Positions 28,419 to 40,252 of a DNA stretch of 64,000 bases are shown here, in pieces (the stretch's first letter is position 1; each line of letters opens with the position of its first letter). The notes under the pieces were generated by a model, which searched no databases, was not told the DNA's origin, and was given only the letters and a program-made list of their open reading frames with translations. The DNA is from Dehalococcoidia bacterium. Its GTDB lineage: Bacteria; Chloroflexota; Dehalococcoidia; Lucifugimonadales; JAGWBF01. The stretch covers positions 560,317 through 624,316 of the forward strand of contig CBDFGQ010000007.1 in NCBI GenBank assembly GCA_965247295.1, written 5' to 3'. The position numbers were made by a program, and so were the translations under genes.

Positions 28419-29723
28419 CTAGCCCTTCAACCTGTCTATGGCAGAGCCGAAGATCTCGATGGTCTTCTCTATGTCGTCTTGAGTGTGTGCCAGAGAGGGA
28501 TAGAACTTGTTGGGTTGCCAGCCCTTGAGTATGCCCCTCTCCAGCAGGTGGGTGTTGAACTGGGCCATCAGGGCGCTGTCGGCCTTCAGGGATGAGCGGT
28601 AATCGGTGATGGGCTCGTCGGTGAAGTAGAAGCCGAAGATGGGGTCTTCTCCCGCGGGCTGCATGGGGATTTCGGCCTCGCGGCAGAGGCGCTCCAGGCC
28701 GTCCCTGAGCTGCCGGCCCGTGGTATACAGGCGCTCGTAGGTGCCCTCTTTCCGGAGCTCTGCCAGGGTCGCGAGTCCGGCGGCACAGGCCACCGGGCTG
28801 CCGTTGAGGGTACCCACCTGGGAAACAAAATTGTCGGGGTCGGACGCCGAGGAGTCGTAGAGAGACATGATCTCCTCTCGTCCTGCTACCACCGCCAGGG
28901 GATAGCCACCACCCACGATCTTGCCCAGGGCCGCTAGGTCTGGGGTCACGCCATAGTGCTCCTGGGCGCCACCGTAGCCCAGCCGGAACCCCGTCACCAC
29001 CTCGTCGAATATAAGAGGAATCTGATAGTGGGAGGTAATCTCCCGCACCGCCTGTAGGAAGCCTGGCTTGGGCGACAGGATCCGCTGCATGGGCTCCATA
29101 ATCACGGCTCCCAGCTCATCGTGGTGTTTCTCGATTATGGCCGCCGCGGTCTCCGCGTCGTTGTAGGGCGCCACCAGCACTGTGTCGCGCACAGCCTGTG
29201 GCACGCCGTTGGCGCTGAGTACAGGCTCCGGGAAGTCCCTGAGGGCCGTGGCACTGGGCGTGACACTCACCACCGCGTAGTCGCTGGTCCCATGGTACCC
29301 GCCCTCGAACTTCAGTATCTTGTCGCGCTTGCGGAAGCTCCGAGCCACGCGAAGGCACTGGAAGCAGGCATCTGTTCCGCTGGTGGTGAATCGCACTTTG
29401 TCCGCGCAAGGGACCGCCTTTACGATTTCCTCGGCCAGAAGCACGGCATTCTCACTGGTACCGAAGAAGGTGCTGCCCCTCTCCGCCGCCTCAACCACCG
29501 CGGCCACGACGGCAGGGTGAGCGTGGCCCAGCACCATCGGGCCGGACCCCATGAGGTAGTCTATGAATTCCTGACCGGTCACGTCCCAGACTCGAGAGCC
29601 CTTCCCCTCCCGCAGGATAATTGGGTGCTCCTGGCCCTGGCTCATGTTGCCTGTGTACGCCCCTGGCAGATATCTGGCCGCCTTGTCCCTGAGCTCGCTT
29701 GCCCTTCCGGTCCCCTCAGCCAT
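28419..29723 (-). CDS. class-III PLP aminotransferase (glutamate-1-semialdehyde aminomutase-like)
   Basis: GSGPMVLGHAHPAVV, the TTSGTDA region and FDEVVTGFRLGYGGAQE. Start at MAEGTG (ATG 29721-29723) after AAGGAGGAG. Confidence 0.8.
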   Translation of the reverse strand: MAEGTGRASELRDKAARYLPGAYTGNMSQGQEHPIILREGKGSRVWDVTGQEFIDYLMGSGPMVLGHAHPAVVAAVVEAAERGSTFFGTSENAVLLAEEIVKAVPCADKVRFTTSGTDACFQCLRVARSFRKRDKILKFEGGYHGTSDYAVVSVTPSATALRDFPEPVLSANGVPQAVRDTVLVAPYNDAETAAAIIEKHHDELGAVIMEPMQRILSPKPGFLQAVREITSHYQIPLIFDEVVTGFRLGYGGAQEHYGVTPDLAALGKIVGGGYPLAVVAGREEIMSLYDSSASDPDNFVSQVGTLNGSPVACAAGLATLAELRKEGTYERLYTTGRQLRDGLERLCREAEIPMQPAGEDPIFGFYFTDEPITDYRSSLKADSALMAQFNTHLLERGILKGWQPNKFYPSLAHTQDDIEKTIEIFGSAIDRLKG

Positions 29724-29782
29724 CGCTCCTCCTTTGCTGCCGACTGACATCTCGTTTTTGATCATCTGACCTAGCGACGGGG

Positions 29783-30818
<1,036 letters not shown>

Positions 30819-30830
30819 AACTCCTTCGGG

Positions 30831-32033
30831 CTAGGCGTGAACGTACTCCTCCCAGCGGGACTCGAGGTCCGGGCCCTCGATAGTCTCCATGAGGTAGTCG
30901 CCGAACTCGCTGCTGGTGTTGCCGGTGCTGCGACCCGTGATGGTGAGCTTCCTCTCGTACTGGCCGCAGATGTCCAGCGCCTTGTGGAGCTTGTTGCCCA
31001 GGTCCTCGAAGCCAACGTGGGTCAGCAGCATGGCGCCCGCCCGCATCATGGAGCTGGGGTCGGCGTACTGGGCACGCCCCTCCCTGACCATTCGTGGCGC
31101 GCTTCCGTGTATTGCCTCGAACATGCCATATCTCTTGCCGACGTTGGCGCTTCCCGCGGTCCCCACGCCGCCCTGGATCTGGGCGGCCTCATCTGTCAGG
31201 ATGTCGCCGTAGAGGTTGGGTAGCACAAGGACCTGAAACTGCTTCTGGCGCGCCGGGTTGATGAGGGCGGCCGTCATGATGTCTATGTACCACCCCTCCC
31301 ACTTGATGTCGGTGTATTTGCTGGCCACCTTGCGGGCGGTGTCCAGGAACTTGCCGTCGGTTGTCTTCACTATGTTGGCCTTGGTGACCACGGTCACCGT
31401 GTCCTTCCCGGTCCGCTGTGCGTGAGCGAAGGCGGCATCGATGATACGCTCCGATCCCTGACTGGTGATGACCCTGAAATCGATCCCCAGGTCCTCGGTC
31501 ACGTTTATCCCCTGGCTGCCCACGGCGTACAAGTCTTCCGTGTTCTCCCGGAAGAAGGTCCAGTCGATGCCATCCTTGGGGATACGGACGGGTCGAATGT
31601 TGGCGAAGAGGTCCAGCTCCCTGCGCATGGCCACGTTGGCGCTTTCCAGGTTGGGCCAGCCGTCTCCCCGCTCAGGGGTATGGGTCGGCCCCTTCAGCGT
31701 GACGTGGCACTGCTTTATCTGTGCCATGACCTCGTCGGGAATGCTCTTGAGCTGGGCGGCCCGGTTCTCGATTGTCAAACCCTCGATGGTGCGGAATTCC
31801 ACCTTGCCACTTGATACCTGCGGCCGTAACAGGAACTCCAGTACCCTCCGGGACTCGGTAGCGATGAATGGGCCTATGCCATCCCCGCCTATCATGCCCA
31901 CGATAATGGGGCTGACCTGGCCGTAGTCCACCCAGTCCTGGGCCGCTTTGAGGCGCTCAACCCGCTCAAGCTGCTGCGCAAGCACCACCCCGAAGTGGTC
32001 TTTGGCTGCCTCGATCGCCTGGTTGTCTACCAT
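30831..32033 (-). CDS. icd: isocitrate/isopropylmalate dehydrogenase-family enzyme (probable isocitrate dehydrogenase)
   Basis: IGGDGIGPFI, NLYGDILTDEAAQIQGGVGTAGSAN and FEAIHGSAP. Start at MVDNQ (ATG 32031-32033) after AAGGAG. Confidence 0.8.
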   Translation of the reverse strand: MVDNQAIEAAKDHFGVVLAQQLERVERLKAAQDWVDYGQVSPIIVGMIGGDGIGPFIATESRRVLEFLLRPQVSSGKVEFRTIEGLTIENRAAQLKSIPDEVMAQIKQCHVTLKGPTHTPERGDGWPNLESANVAMRRELDLFANIRPVRIPKDGIDWTFFRENTEDLYAVGSQGINVTEDLGIDFRVITSQGSERIIDAAFAHAQRTGKDTVTVVTKANIVKTTDGKFLDTARKVASKYTDIKWEGWYIDIMTAALINPARQKQFQVLVLPNLYGDILTDEAAQIQGGVGTAGSANVGKRYGMFEAIHGSAPRMVREGRAQYADPSSMMRAGAMLLTHVGFEDLGNKLHKALDICGQYERKLTITGRSTGNTSSEFGDYLMETIEGPDLESRWEEYVHA

Positions 32034-32240
32034 TCGGACTCCTTTCACAGTGGACCGTGGTTTATGCCTGCACCTGATATCTGAATCCGGCGCCGGCGAA
32101 AGCCTGCCGCCGGCCCCTTTCGCGATGGTGCCAGGGAAATTTCGCAGTGTGGGACATGCGCCTGTGGCCGTCCTCACAGTCCTGGCACATTATACGCCCA
32201 TTTGCTATGGGGAGGTAGCCCAAATACCAGTTTCCGGCTT

Positions 32241-34292
32241 TCAGCTGTCCAGCTGGGCCCTCAGGGCGTCGGGGTCGGTCACGGGGAGTTGGCACACGTA
32301 GTTCTGGCACACGTATGCTGTGGGCCGCCCTCCCAGCATGTCCCGTCCCTCTAGGAGGGGGATGTCCGGCGAGCCGTCGCCTGTGAGGCCGGGCTCGATA
32401 CCCGCGAGGACCACGTTGGGCAGGTAGCTGCCGTACACCTGGTCCAGGAGTGCCTGGGTAGCGGTATCGCTCCTGTCGCCAACTATGGCTATCTCCTTTG
32501 GAGAGGAAAGGTAATAGTCTAGGGCGCATAGCCAGTGGCCCATGCCCATGGGTGCCCGGCCTAGGAACTGTCGCACAGACCGGAGGACGGTGGCCGCGAG
32601 GTGCGAGTATTTGCTATCTCCAGTGAGTACCGACAGGCGGAGAAGCAGATTCACGGCTGCCGAATTGCCACAAGGGATAGCGTTGTCGAATACGTCCCTC
32701 GGGCGAATCACCAGGGTCTCATGGTCCACACCAGTGTCGTAGAGGGCGCCGGAATGCTCGTCCCAGAAAAGGTCAATCATGCCATCGGCCAAGGACCGGG
32801 ACTCCTCCAGCCAGCGGGGGTCGAACGTGGCCTCGTAAAGGGCCAGGAGGCCGTCGGCCACGAAGGCATAGTCCTCCAGGTAGCCCTTGAGACTGGCCCG
32901 TCCGTCCTTGTAGGTCCTGAGAAGCCGTCCGTCGCTGCGCAGCGCCTGCAGAATGAAGGAAGCGCAGTCGGCCGCCGCCCTCCGATAGTCCTCCCTGTTC
33001 AAAGTAGAGGCCGCCTCGGCGAAGCTGCGAATCATCATGCCGTTCCATGCAGAGAGGAGCTTGTCGTCGCGTGCCGGATGGGGACGCCGCTCTCGGACCT
33101 CAAGGAGCATGGTCCTAGCCCGCCCTATGGTTTGCTCCAGCTCTTGCAGATCAAGGCCGGTCTCGGCGGCGAATGACTCGGGGCTCTGGGGCACGCTGAG
33201 TATGTTTTCCCCCTCGAAGTTCCCGGCCTCGGTGACTCCGAAGTATCCCGCGATCAGGGAGCCCTCCTCTGGGCCCAGGACCTCCACAATCTGTTCCTCA
33301 GTCCAGACGAAAAACTCTCCCTCACCTTCACCGCTGTCCGCGTCCTGGGTGGAGTAGAATCCTCCCGATGGGTCCGTCATCTCCCGGAGCACGTAGTCCA
33401 GCACCTCCTCCACGATGCGGCGGTACAGGGGATTGGCCGTAGCTTGAAAGGCGTGGAGGTACAGCTGGCTCAGGAGTGCGTTGTCGTAAAGCATCTTCTC
33501 AAAGTGGGGCACGAGCCAGTACGCGTCGGTGGAGTACCGGTGAAACCCGCCGGCGATCTGGTCGTAGATGCCACCGTACGCCATCTTCGCCAGGGTGGTC
33601 TCAACCATCTCCAGCGCCCTGGGGCTCTTCGTCACATGGTAGTAATGGAGCAGGAACTCGTAGGTCATGGGCTGGGGAAACTTGGGAGCCGAGCCGAATC
33701 CGCCGTTCTGGTAATCATATTGCTGGGCGAGGACCTGGTAGGCCTCATGGGTAATGTCGGGGGTCAGGGGGTCGATGCTGCGTTGCGCCTCGGTCGCGTG
33801 CTGTAGGTGGGCAGTCAGCTTTTGGGTAGCCTGGAGGATATCCCCTCGTCGATTTCGGTACGCCTCGGCCATGCTTATCAGCACCTTGGGAAATCCAGGC
33901 ATGCCCCCGGAGTCCACCGGAGGGAAGTATGTGCCACCGTAGAACGGCTTACCCTCGGGCGTAAGAAAAACCGTCATCGGCCATCCACCACCGCCGGTCA
34001 GCGCCTGCACCGCGCTCATGTATATGCTGTCCAGGTCGGGTCGCTCCTCCCGGTCTACCTTGATGCTGACGAAGTGCTCGTTCATGATCTTGGCGATTTC
34101 CGTATTCTCGAATGACTCCCTCTCCATGACATGGCACCAGTGGCAGGCGGAGTAGCCTATACTCAGCAGGATGGGCTTGTCCTCTTCCTTGGCCCGCCGA
34201 AGGGCTTCATCGCCCCAGGCGTACCAGTCTACGGGGTTGTGGGCGTGCTGAAGGAGGTAGGGACTCGTCTCATTTATCAGGCGGTTGGGCAT
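32241..34292 (-). CDS. thioredoxin-domain protein, DUF255/YyaL family (N-terminal Trx fold plus (alpha/alpha)6 barrel)
   Basis: [24 protein letters not shown] and [18 protein letters not shown]. Start at MPNRL (ATG 34290-34292). Confidence 0.85.
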   Translation of the reverse strand: MPNRLINETSPYLLQHAHNPVDWYAWGDEALRRAKEEDKPILLSIGYSACHWCHVMERESFENTEIAKIMNEHFVSIKVDREERPDLDSIYMSAVQALTGGGGWPMTVFLTPEGKPFYGGTYFPPVDSGGMPGFPKVLISMAEAYRNRRGDILQATQKLTAHLQHATEAQRSIDPLTPDITHEAYQVLAQQYDYQNGGFGSAPKFPQPMTYEFLLHYYHVTKSPRALEMVETTLAKMAYGGIYDQIAGGFHRYSTDAYWLVPHFEKMLYDNALLSQLYLHAFQATANPLYRRIVEEVLDYVLREMTDPSGGFYSTQDADSGEGEGEFFVWTEEQIVEVLGPEEGSLIAGYFGVTEAGNFEGENILSVPQSPESFAAETGLDLQELEQTIGRARTMLLEVRERRPHPARDDKLLSAWNGMMIRSFAEAASTLNREDYRRAAADCASFILQALRSDGRLLRTYKDGRASLKGYLEDYAFVADGLLALYEATFDPRWLEESRSLADGMIDLFWDEHSGALYDTGVDHETLVIRPRDVFDNAIPCGNSAAVNLLLRLSVLTGDSKYSHLAATVLRSVRQFLGRAPMGMGHWLCALDYYLSSPKEIAIVGDRSDTATQALLDQVYGSYLPNVVLAGIEPGLTGDGSPDIPLLEGRDMLGGRPTAYVCQNYVCQLPVTDPDALRAQLDS

Positions 34293-34552
34293 GCCGCTCC
34301 CCTTTCTAGCCGTACGGAACTCTGGCAATCTACAACAGCGGGCCTTCGCCTCGGTGTAACTGTTTTAGATATACGGTGTCCCTATTTTGCCTGATGGGAC
34401 CCCAGAATGCCAGTCCCGCCGCCGCAGGCGCCCGTAGCTTCTAGCGGGGGCCTGAACTGAGCCGGTGCCGGGAAAGTGCCGTCCCACCCACCGTCTGATA
34501 TACTGTGAGCGCTGGTACAATGCGTCCTAAATCCATTGTGTAGGTGATAGAA

Positions 34553-35743
34553 ATGAAGTGGGCCTCCGCCGTTTCCGACCAAGCGACCTGGGAGAAGGCC
34601 ATGGACGATTGTGTCGCCTCGGTACGCCGGGACATAGGGGAGACTCCCCCTGACCTGGCGGTGGTATTTTTCTCCAGCCATTTCGCCGACCAGTACGAGA
34701 CCGGGCCGGCGTTGCTACGGGACAGGCTGGGTGATGCCGTCGTCATAGGGTGCTCAGCTGGAGGAGTAATTGGAGGTGGTCGGGAGGTGGAGAACCGCCC
34801 GGGATTCTCCCTCACCGTGGCCAGTCTTCCGGACGTGGAGCTGTTACCCTTTCATGTGGGAGGGGAAGACGTGCCAGACCTGGACGCAGGTCCCGACGTG
34901 TGGGAAGAGGTCCTTAAGGTTCCTGCGGAGGGAGACCCACGATTTCTCCTGCTGCTGGACCCATTCAGCTTCCCGGCCCAAAACTTTCTCTTGGGGCTGG
35001 ACTACGCATACAGCAAGAGCGTCAAGATCGGCGGCATGGCCAGCGGCGGCCAGAGCATGGGTGAAAACGCCCTGTTCGTGGGAGACAAGGTGTACCGGTC
35101 GGGTGCGGTAGGCCTGGCCATGAAGGGCAACATCGTCGTAGACACCGTGGTAGCCCAGGGCTGCCGTCCCATCGGCAAGCTCATGTGCATTACGAAGAGC
35201 CAGCAAAACCTGTTGCTGGAGCTGGACGAAAGGCCACCCCTGGAGGTAATGCGGGAGATTTACCATTCCGCCAGTGAGCTGGACCAGCAGCTCATCCAGC
35301 ACTCCCTGTTCCTGGGCATCGTAATGGACGACTTTATCGAAAGTCCTCAGCAAGGGGACTTCCTGATCCGTAACCTCATGGGGATGGATGGCCGAACGGG
35401 AAGTATGTCCATCGGTGAGATGCTGCGTGAGGGGCAACGGGTTCAGTTCCACCTCCGGGATGCGCTGACTTCGGCCGAGGACTTGGGCACTCTGCTCAGC
35501 AGGTACGCACTGGAGGAACGGACCAACCCGTGCCAGGGAGCCCTTCTGTTTTCCTGCCTGGGGCGAGGCGAACACCTCTATGGGCGGCCCGACCATGACA
35601 CGGAGCTGTTCGGCGAGAAACTGGGTCCCATTCCCCTGGGGGGGTTCTTCTGCAACGGCGAAATCGGGCCGGTGGGGGGAGCCACCTTTCTTCACGGCTA
35701 CACCAGCTCTTTCGGGATATTCCGTCCGCTGCGAAACGATTAG
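34553..35743 (+). CDS. FIST-domain sensor protein (FIST_N + FIST_C)
   Basis: N-terminal pattern A-x-S..WEKAMDDCVASV..PDLAVVFFSSHF and C-terminal ALLFSCLGRGEHLYG..GGFFCNGEIGP are typical of FIST proteins. ATG 34553 preferred over GTG 34544. Confidence 0.75.
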   Translation: MKWASAVSDQATWEKAMDDCVASVRRDIGETPPDLAVVFFSSHFADQYETGPALLRDRLGDAVVIGCSAGGVIGGGREVENRPGFSLTVASLPDVELLPFHVGGEDVPDLDAGPDVWEEVLKVPAEGDPRFLLLLDPFSFPAQNFLLGLDYAYSKSVKIGGMASGGQSMGENALFVGDKVYRSGAVGLAMKGNIVVDTVVAQGCRPIGKLMCITKSQQNLLLELDERPPLEVMREIYHSASELDQQLIQHSLFLGIVMDDFIESPQQGDFLIRNLMGMDGRTGSMSIGEMLREGQRVQFHLRDALTSAEDLGTLLSRYALEERTNPCQGALLFSCLGRGEHLYGRPDHDTELFGEKLGPIPLGGFFCNGEIGPVGGATFLHGYTSSFGIFRPLRND

Positions 35744-35778
35744 CGGTGCTTCTCTGGACCTGCGGGAGACAGTGGTAG

Positions 35779-36930
35779 ATGCAGGGCGGACGGATCAAAG
35801 TAGGGATGGTGGCCTCGCTGACGGGGCAATTCCGTGGCCAGGGCCTGCAGGCCTTGCAGGGCGCCGTTGCGTGGGTGGGTGATACAAATAAGAGTGGCGG
35901 AATCACCTTAGGCGGTCGTGACTCCGGCGTCCCCCTTCAGCTGACCTACTACGACGACGAAAGCAAGGCCAAGATAGCCAGGGCGATGACCGAGAAGCTC
36001 ATCAATGGGGATGGCGTCGGCCTTCTCCTGGGTCCCTATTCCAGCGTCCTCACCATGGCATCGGCCCCGGTTGCCGAGGAGGCGCACCGCGTCCTCTGGA
36101 ACCACGGCGGGGCCTCCGACCGGATATTCTGCCAGGGGTACCACTGGACAGTGGGCATCCTGACCCCGGCCAGCAGGTATCTCATCGGAGTGCTCGACAT
36201 GGTGCGGGACATGGACCCGGGGGCCTGCACGCTGGCGATACTCCGCTCCGGCTCGGGCTCCTTTCCCGAGGCCGTGGCATCGGGGGTGCGGTGCCATGCA
36301 TCCAAGTGTGGATTCCGGGTTGTATTTGAGGGCCAGTTCCGGTCTGCGATAGACGACCTCCCGGCCCTGCTGCGAGCGGTGAATGACCAGGAGCCGGACA
36401 TCTTGCTGGGCGTGGGCCGGATCGAGGATGACCTGCTGCTCGCCAGCCTGATTCGTGAGAAACGCGTCAGGTCCAAGGCTGTGGCCCTGGTTGTGGCTGG
36501 AACCGCCCAGTTCGGCGGGGATTTGGGAAGCTGGGCCGAGGGATTCATGGGCCCCAGCCAGTGGGAACCAGTGATTGGCTATGTCCCCGACTACGGTCCG
36601 TCGGGCGATGAGCTGGCGGCCCGGCACGGCATGTTCAGGCAGGGTGGCGGTGACTACACCATGGCCCAGGCCTACGCGGCGGGTCTGGTGGCACAGAGGT
36701 GCGTGGAAGAGGCTGGAACGCTGGACAGCGGCGCCCTTAGGGAAGTCGCGGGACGGCTGGACTTCACCACCTTCTATGGCCGCTTCAGGATAGACCCGCC
36801 GACGGGGTGTCAGGTGGGCCGCTCCGTGGTAATCGTGCAATGGCAGGGCAACAAGAAAGTCGTCGTGTGGCCCAAAAAGGTGAGGCAGGCGGAGCCGATC
36901 TACCCTATGGCCGACTGGCCGGGGTCATAG
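35779..36930 (+). CDS. type-1 periplasmic-binding-protein-fold (LivK-like) protein lacking a signal peptide
   Basis: IKVGMVASLTGQFRGQGLQALQGA..YYDDESKAKIA..LLGPYSS matches the Leu/Ile/Val-binding family. The N-terminus MQGGRIKVGMV has no hydrophobic signal or lipobox. Confidence 0.7.
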   Translation: MQGGRIKVGMVASLTGQFRGQGLQALQGAVAWVGDTNKSGGITLGGRDSGVPLQLTYYDDESKAKIARAMTEKLINGDGVGLLLGPYSSVLTMASAPVAEEAHRVLWNHGGASDRIFCQGYHWTVGILTPASRYLIGVLDMVRDMDPGACTLAILRSGSGSFPEAVASGVRCHASKCGFRVVFEGQFRSAIDDLPALLRAVNDQEPDILLGVGRIEDDLLLASLIREKRVRSKAVALVVAGTAQFGGDLGSWAEGFMGPSQWEPVIGYVPDYGPSGDELAARHGMFRQGGGDYTMAQAYAAGLVAQRCVEEAGTLDSGALREVAGRLDFTTFYGRFRIDPPTGCQVGRSVVIVQWQGNKKVVVWPKKVRQAEPIYPMADWPGS

Positions 36931-37148
36931 CGCACCTGGTCCTGTTGATGGCCCCGTTGCGTCCACATGACCCGTAGACAGGCTGCATAGGGGATCGTCG
37001 GCTCGTTGGCCGCTTGAGGGCTCGCCTGGTGGTCCGACAGGACTGTCTTGAGCCTCCCCAATGGCTCACCAGGAACTGTCAGCTTGGCGGGAAACTCCGC
37101 TCATACTCAGCTTGGCGAAGGGTAAGAGCTTGGAATTGTGGGCCGGGT

Positions 37149-38129
37149 CTAGTAGTCCGGCGTTACTATGGACTCCGGTGGCTGCCCTGCGAGGACCCGC
37201 GCGATGTTATGGTAGGCGAACTCGGCGGTCCGCACATAGGCCTCGTGGCTGTTGCCTGCCATGTGGGGCGTGATGACCACGTTGTCCAGCTCCAGTAGCG
37301 GGTTGTCCGCAGGTGTGGGCTCCTCTTCGAGCACGTCCAGGCCGGCGCCGGCGATGCGGTGGTTCTTCAGGGCTTGGTAGAGGGCCGTTTCGTCTATGAC
37401 GGGACCGCGGCAGGCATTTATGACGAACGCCGTGGGCTTCATTAGCTCGAGTTCCGGCTCGCCGATCATCCCCCGGGTCCTCGGCGTCAGGGACACATGC
37501 AGCGTCACGATATCCGATCGGCGTAGAAGGTCCTGGAAGGAGGTGGGTTCGGCGTTGAGCTCGCGCTGGACCTCCGCGGGCATCTCGATGATATCGTAGT
37601 AGATCGTCGTGGTGTCGAAACCTCTTAGGCGCTTGGCCACCTGCTTTCCTATCCGTCCGAAGCCCACGATGCCCACCGTCTTGCTGGAGATTTCCGCCAT
37701 TTCCACGTTGAGGAAGGGCTCTTTCCACCGATGCTCCTTGACTGCGGAATGCCACTGGGCCATCAAATGCCTGTTGATGGAGATCATCAGCGCGATGGTA
37801 TGCTCTGCAACGGTGATGGCGTTGGCGCCGCCGTTATTGGAGATGGGGATGCCCATCTCACCGATCGACTTAACGTCCAGCCGTTCGTAGCCGGCGCCCA
37901 TGGTCTGCACGAGCTTCACTTTGGGGCAGTTCTTCAGGAGGTTCACCGAAACTTCGGCGGGAAGCGTCATTATGACCTCGGCGTCCCTGCACAGGGGGAT
38001 CTTCTCCTCGTCCGATAGGTTGATGTCTACAAGGGTGACATCCAGTTCGGCTGGTGCCAGGCTCAGCGTGAGCTCTGCCTGGTCCACCCGTGAGGTCAGG
38101 AAGGCGACCTTTGCTTTGGTGGTGCTCAT
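37149..38129 (-). CDS. D-isomer-specific 2-hydroxyacid dehydrogenase (NAD-binding)
   Basis: TVGIVGFGRIGKQVAKRL Rossmann motif, NACRGPVIDE, and HMAGNS near the C-terminus. Confidence 0.85.
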   Translation of the reverse strand: MSTTKAKVAFLTSRVDQAELTLSLAPAELDVTLVDINLSDEEKIPLCRDAEVIMTLPAEVSVNLLKNCPKVKLVQTMGAGYERLDVKSIGEMGIPISNNGGANAITVAEHTIALMISINRHLMAQWHSAVKEHRWKEPFLNVEMAEISSKTVGIVGFGRIGKQVAKRLRGFDTTTIYYDIIEMPAEVQRELNAEPTSFQDLLRRSDIVTLHVSLTPRTRGMIGEPELELMKPTAFVINACRGPVIDETALYQALKNHRIAGAGLDVLEEEPTPADNPLLELDNVVITPHMAGNSHEAYVRTAEFAYHNIARVLAGQPPESIVTPDY

Positions 38130-38178
38130 AACACTCCTTGTAGGGCGACGATAGTGAAGTCCCTTCGGCCCCGCGTTC

Positions 38179-38622
38179 CTACCTCTTGAACAGGTCCTTC
38201 ATCTTGTCCATGAACGGCTTGGACTTGATGTTCGACAGGAACTTGGCCCATTCCACCTCTGCCGTGGCCGACCGTTTCAGGTCCTTGATCCGCTGCTCCA
38301 TGATCTCCAGGACCCTTTTATCCTCCCCTTTGTCCAACCAGAAGCCGTGCTCTGCCTTGCAAAAGTCCAGCTCCAGGTTGTAGTGCCGATATCTGAACCA
38401 TTCCATGGGGTCATCGCACTTGGGGCATAGAAGCTCGCTGCCCATGGAGCTGAACATCATGGAACCCTTCAGCGGATCGTCGTCCATAACGGTATCTTCC
38501 AGCTGATCGAGCTCGGTATAGTCCAGCCACATGCCCTCGCAGCTACGACACTTGTCCACCTCGATTCCGCGATACTTCTCCACCTTTAGCTCTGTCCTGC
38601 ACCGGGGGCAATTCATCTCCAT
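38179..38622 (-). CDS. zf-TFIIB-type double zinc-ribbon protein
   Basis: CPRCRTEL..VDKCRSCEGMWLDYTELDQL and CPKCDDPM..LDFCKAEHGFWLDKGE. Confidence 0.6.
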   Translation of the reverse strand: MEMNCPRCRTELKVEKYRGIEVDKCRSCEGMWLDYTELDQLEDTVMDDDPLKGSMMFSSMGSELLCPKCDDPMEWFRYRHYNLELDFCKAEHGFWLDKGEDKRVLEIMEQRIKDLKRSATAEVEWAKFLSNIKSKPFMDKMKDLFKR

Positions 38623-38843
38623 GCCTCCATCTTGAAACGTGCTGACGGACTACCGTCGCCCCTCTTCGCAGTGTAGAGCTGGAGCTATGGGCCAGTCAAT
38701 CCCTCGCGTCGGTGTGCCTAATGCCGGACTCCGGCCCACATCCATCGCCTGGAATCCGATTTGTCTCGGGTCATCAAATTGGCCGCAAAATAGGGCGAAA
38801 AAATAGTGACGCACGCGCTTTCCTAGTCTATAATATATCGTTG

Positions 38844-39584
38844 ATGCGAGTCTTGGTGTTGATCGTCGGCATCCTGTTCTTGGCAGGCTGTGGTGGGGGC
38901 GATGAGCCTACCGCCAAGCCAGCAGAACAGGCTACCGTCAAGGCAGTAGAAGAGGCCAGTGTTACTCCAACCCTTAGGCCGACGGCAACTACTCCAGCTG
39001 ACGTCGAGCCAACGCCCACCCCACGAGCGGTTGTCCAAGTGAAAGAGAAAGAGTATTCAGCACCTCCCACGATGACCATAGTGCCGGAAAACTGGTACGT
39101 GGCCAGGATCAACGTCGAATTGGGGACCATCGTCATAGAGCTGTTTCCCAAGGAGGCGCCCATTACTGTGAACAACTTCGTGTTCCTGGCCAGGGATGGC
39201 TTCTACGATGGCTTGACCTTCCACCGGGTGATACCCGATTTCATGATCCAAGCTGGAGACCCTCTGGGGACGGGTGGTGGGGGGCCCGGATACAATTTCG
39301 AGGATGAATTTGTCGAGTCCCTGGGGTTTGACCGGCCCGGAATACTGGCCATGGCCAACAGGGGTGCCAATACGAACGGCAGCCAGTTTTTCATCACCGT
39401 GGGCCCAACGCCTCATCTGAACGGGAAGCACACAATTTTTGGCCGGGTCATCGAGGGCCAGGATGTCGCGGACGCCGTCTCCCTGGTCCCCACCGCCCTG
39501 CCCAGCAGTCCTGCGGCCAATCGGCCCCAGGACCCCCTATTCATCGAGAGCATCGTAATAGAGGAGACCGCACCAGGAGGCTAG
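38844..39584 (+). CDS. cyclophilin-type peptidyl-prolyl isomerase lipoprotein
   Basis: Signal/lipobox MRVLVLIVGILFLAGC. FHRVIPDFMIQAGDPLGTGGGGPGY and MANRGANTNGSQFFIT. A TATAAT lies 9 nt upstream of the ATG. Confidence 0.85.
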   Translation: MRVLVLIVGILFLAGCGGGDEPTAKPAEQATVKAVEEASVTPTLRPTATTPADVEPTPTPRAVVQVKEKEYSAPPTMTIVPENWYVARINVELGTIVIELFPKEAPITVNNFVFLARDGFYDGLTFHRVIPDFMIQAGDPLGTGGGGPGYNFEDEFVESLGFDRPGILAMANRGANTNGSQFFITVGPTPHLNGKHTIFGRVIEGQDVADAVSLVPTALPSSPAANRPQDPLFIESIVIEETAPGG

Positions 39585-39594
39585 TTCCCTCCTG
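39574..39594 (+). terminator. possible terminator hairpin overlapping the PPIase stop
   Basis: CAGGAGG-ctagttc-CCTCCTG followed by TTGTGG. The stem is short and the U-tract weak. Confidence 0.3.
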
Positions 39595-39828
39595 TTGTGG
39601 CATCCGGACCAGGCTCTCAGCAGAACCCGCCTTCTACACGGCACACCAGCCTAGGGTGCTCGGATAACGGACCATCTTCGCTTCACCCATACCCTGTGAA
39701 AACACTGTTGGGACTATATTGCCCAGATAATCGGGCAACGAAGAACGGCGACATGGCTGACCGTTCGAGGGTCCCATCCCGGGTGGAGGCCACAGCGGTA
39801 CCCACGAAAGAGCCACGGAGGGCGGGCA

Positions 39829-40017
39829 ATGGTAGCTAGCAACCCCGGTCCGTCTCGGGAAGGGATCGACCGAGAGCTTATGGCGAAGGCTGCGGAACTG
39901 TGGGGTAGGGAGAGGGCGGAGGAGATCCGTGCCGCAGTGGAAGAGACTGCAGCGCACCTGTGGCTGGTGGCCCAGGCGCCGCCAGACCCGGAGGTGGAGC
40001 CTGGCTTCTTCCTATGA
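39829..40017 (+). CDS. small GatC/AtzG-like (DUF4089-like) protein
   Basis: 62 aa ending ..LWLVAQAPPDPEVEPGFFL, with a GGAGGG SD. Its size, C-terminal E-x-E-P motif and position upstream of an amidase-signature gene resemble the AtzG/AtzE arrangement. The family assignment is from memory. Confidence 0.4.
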   Translation: MVASNPGPSREGIDRELMAKAAELWGRERAEEIRAAVEETAAHLWLVAQAPPDPEVEPGFFL

Positions 40018-40132
40018 GGTCGGGCCAGGCATGCGGCGTCGGGGCCCTTGCTAGGTATCGGCCGTGGGTCCTCGATTAGCGGGCTGATGAGGAATGAGGT
40101 GTGCAGAGGGGCGAAGCCAATTTGCCGGGAGT

Positions 40133-40149
40133 CTGAGGGTGCCCCTCAG
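40133..40149. repeat. short hairpin CTGAGGG-tgc-CCCTCAG within a repeat-like spacer
   Basis: 7-bp perfect stem in the 235-nt spacer between the small ORF and the amidase gene. Confidence 0.4.
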
Positions 40150-40252
40150 ATATAAATCCCCCCCTCCTGGCCAGGGATGGGCATTTGGGATACTCGAAGG
40201 GTTTTCAGCACCCTGCTAGTGCAAGAAGGGGATGGTCGAAACTGGAGGTGCT

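Noticed and set aside
39640-39830. Possible guanidine-I (ykkC) riboswitch upstream of the AtzG/AtzE-like pair (CTAGGGTGCTCGG, ACGGCGA, CCCGGGTGGAG)
   Set aside because: The fragments resemble pieces of the ykkC consensus, but GGUCCGAGAG is missing and the order and spacing do not fit. The region is recorded only as a structured leader.
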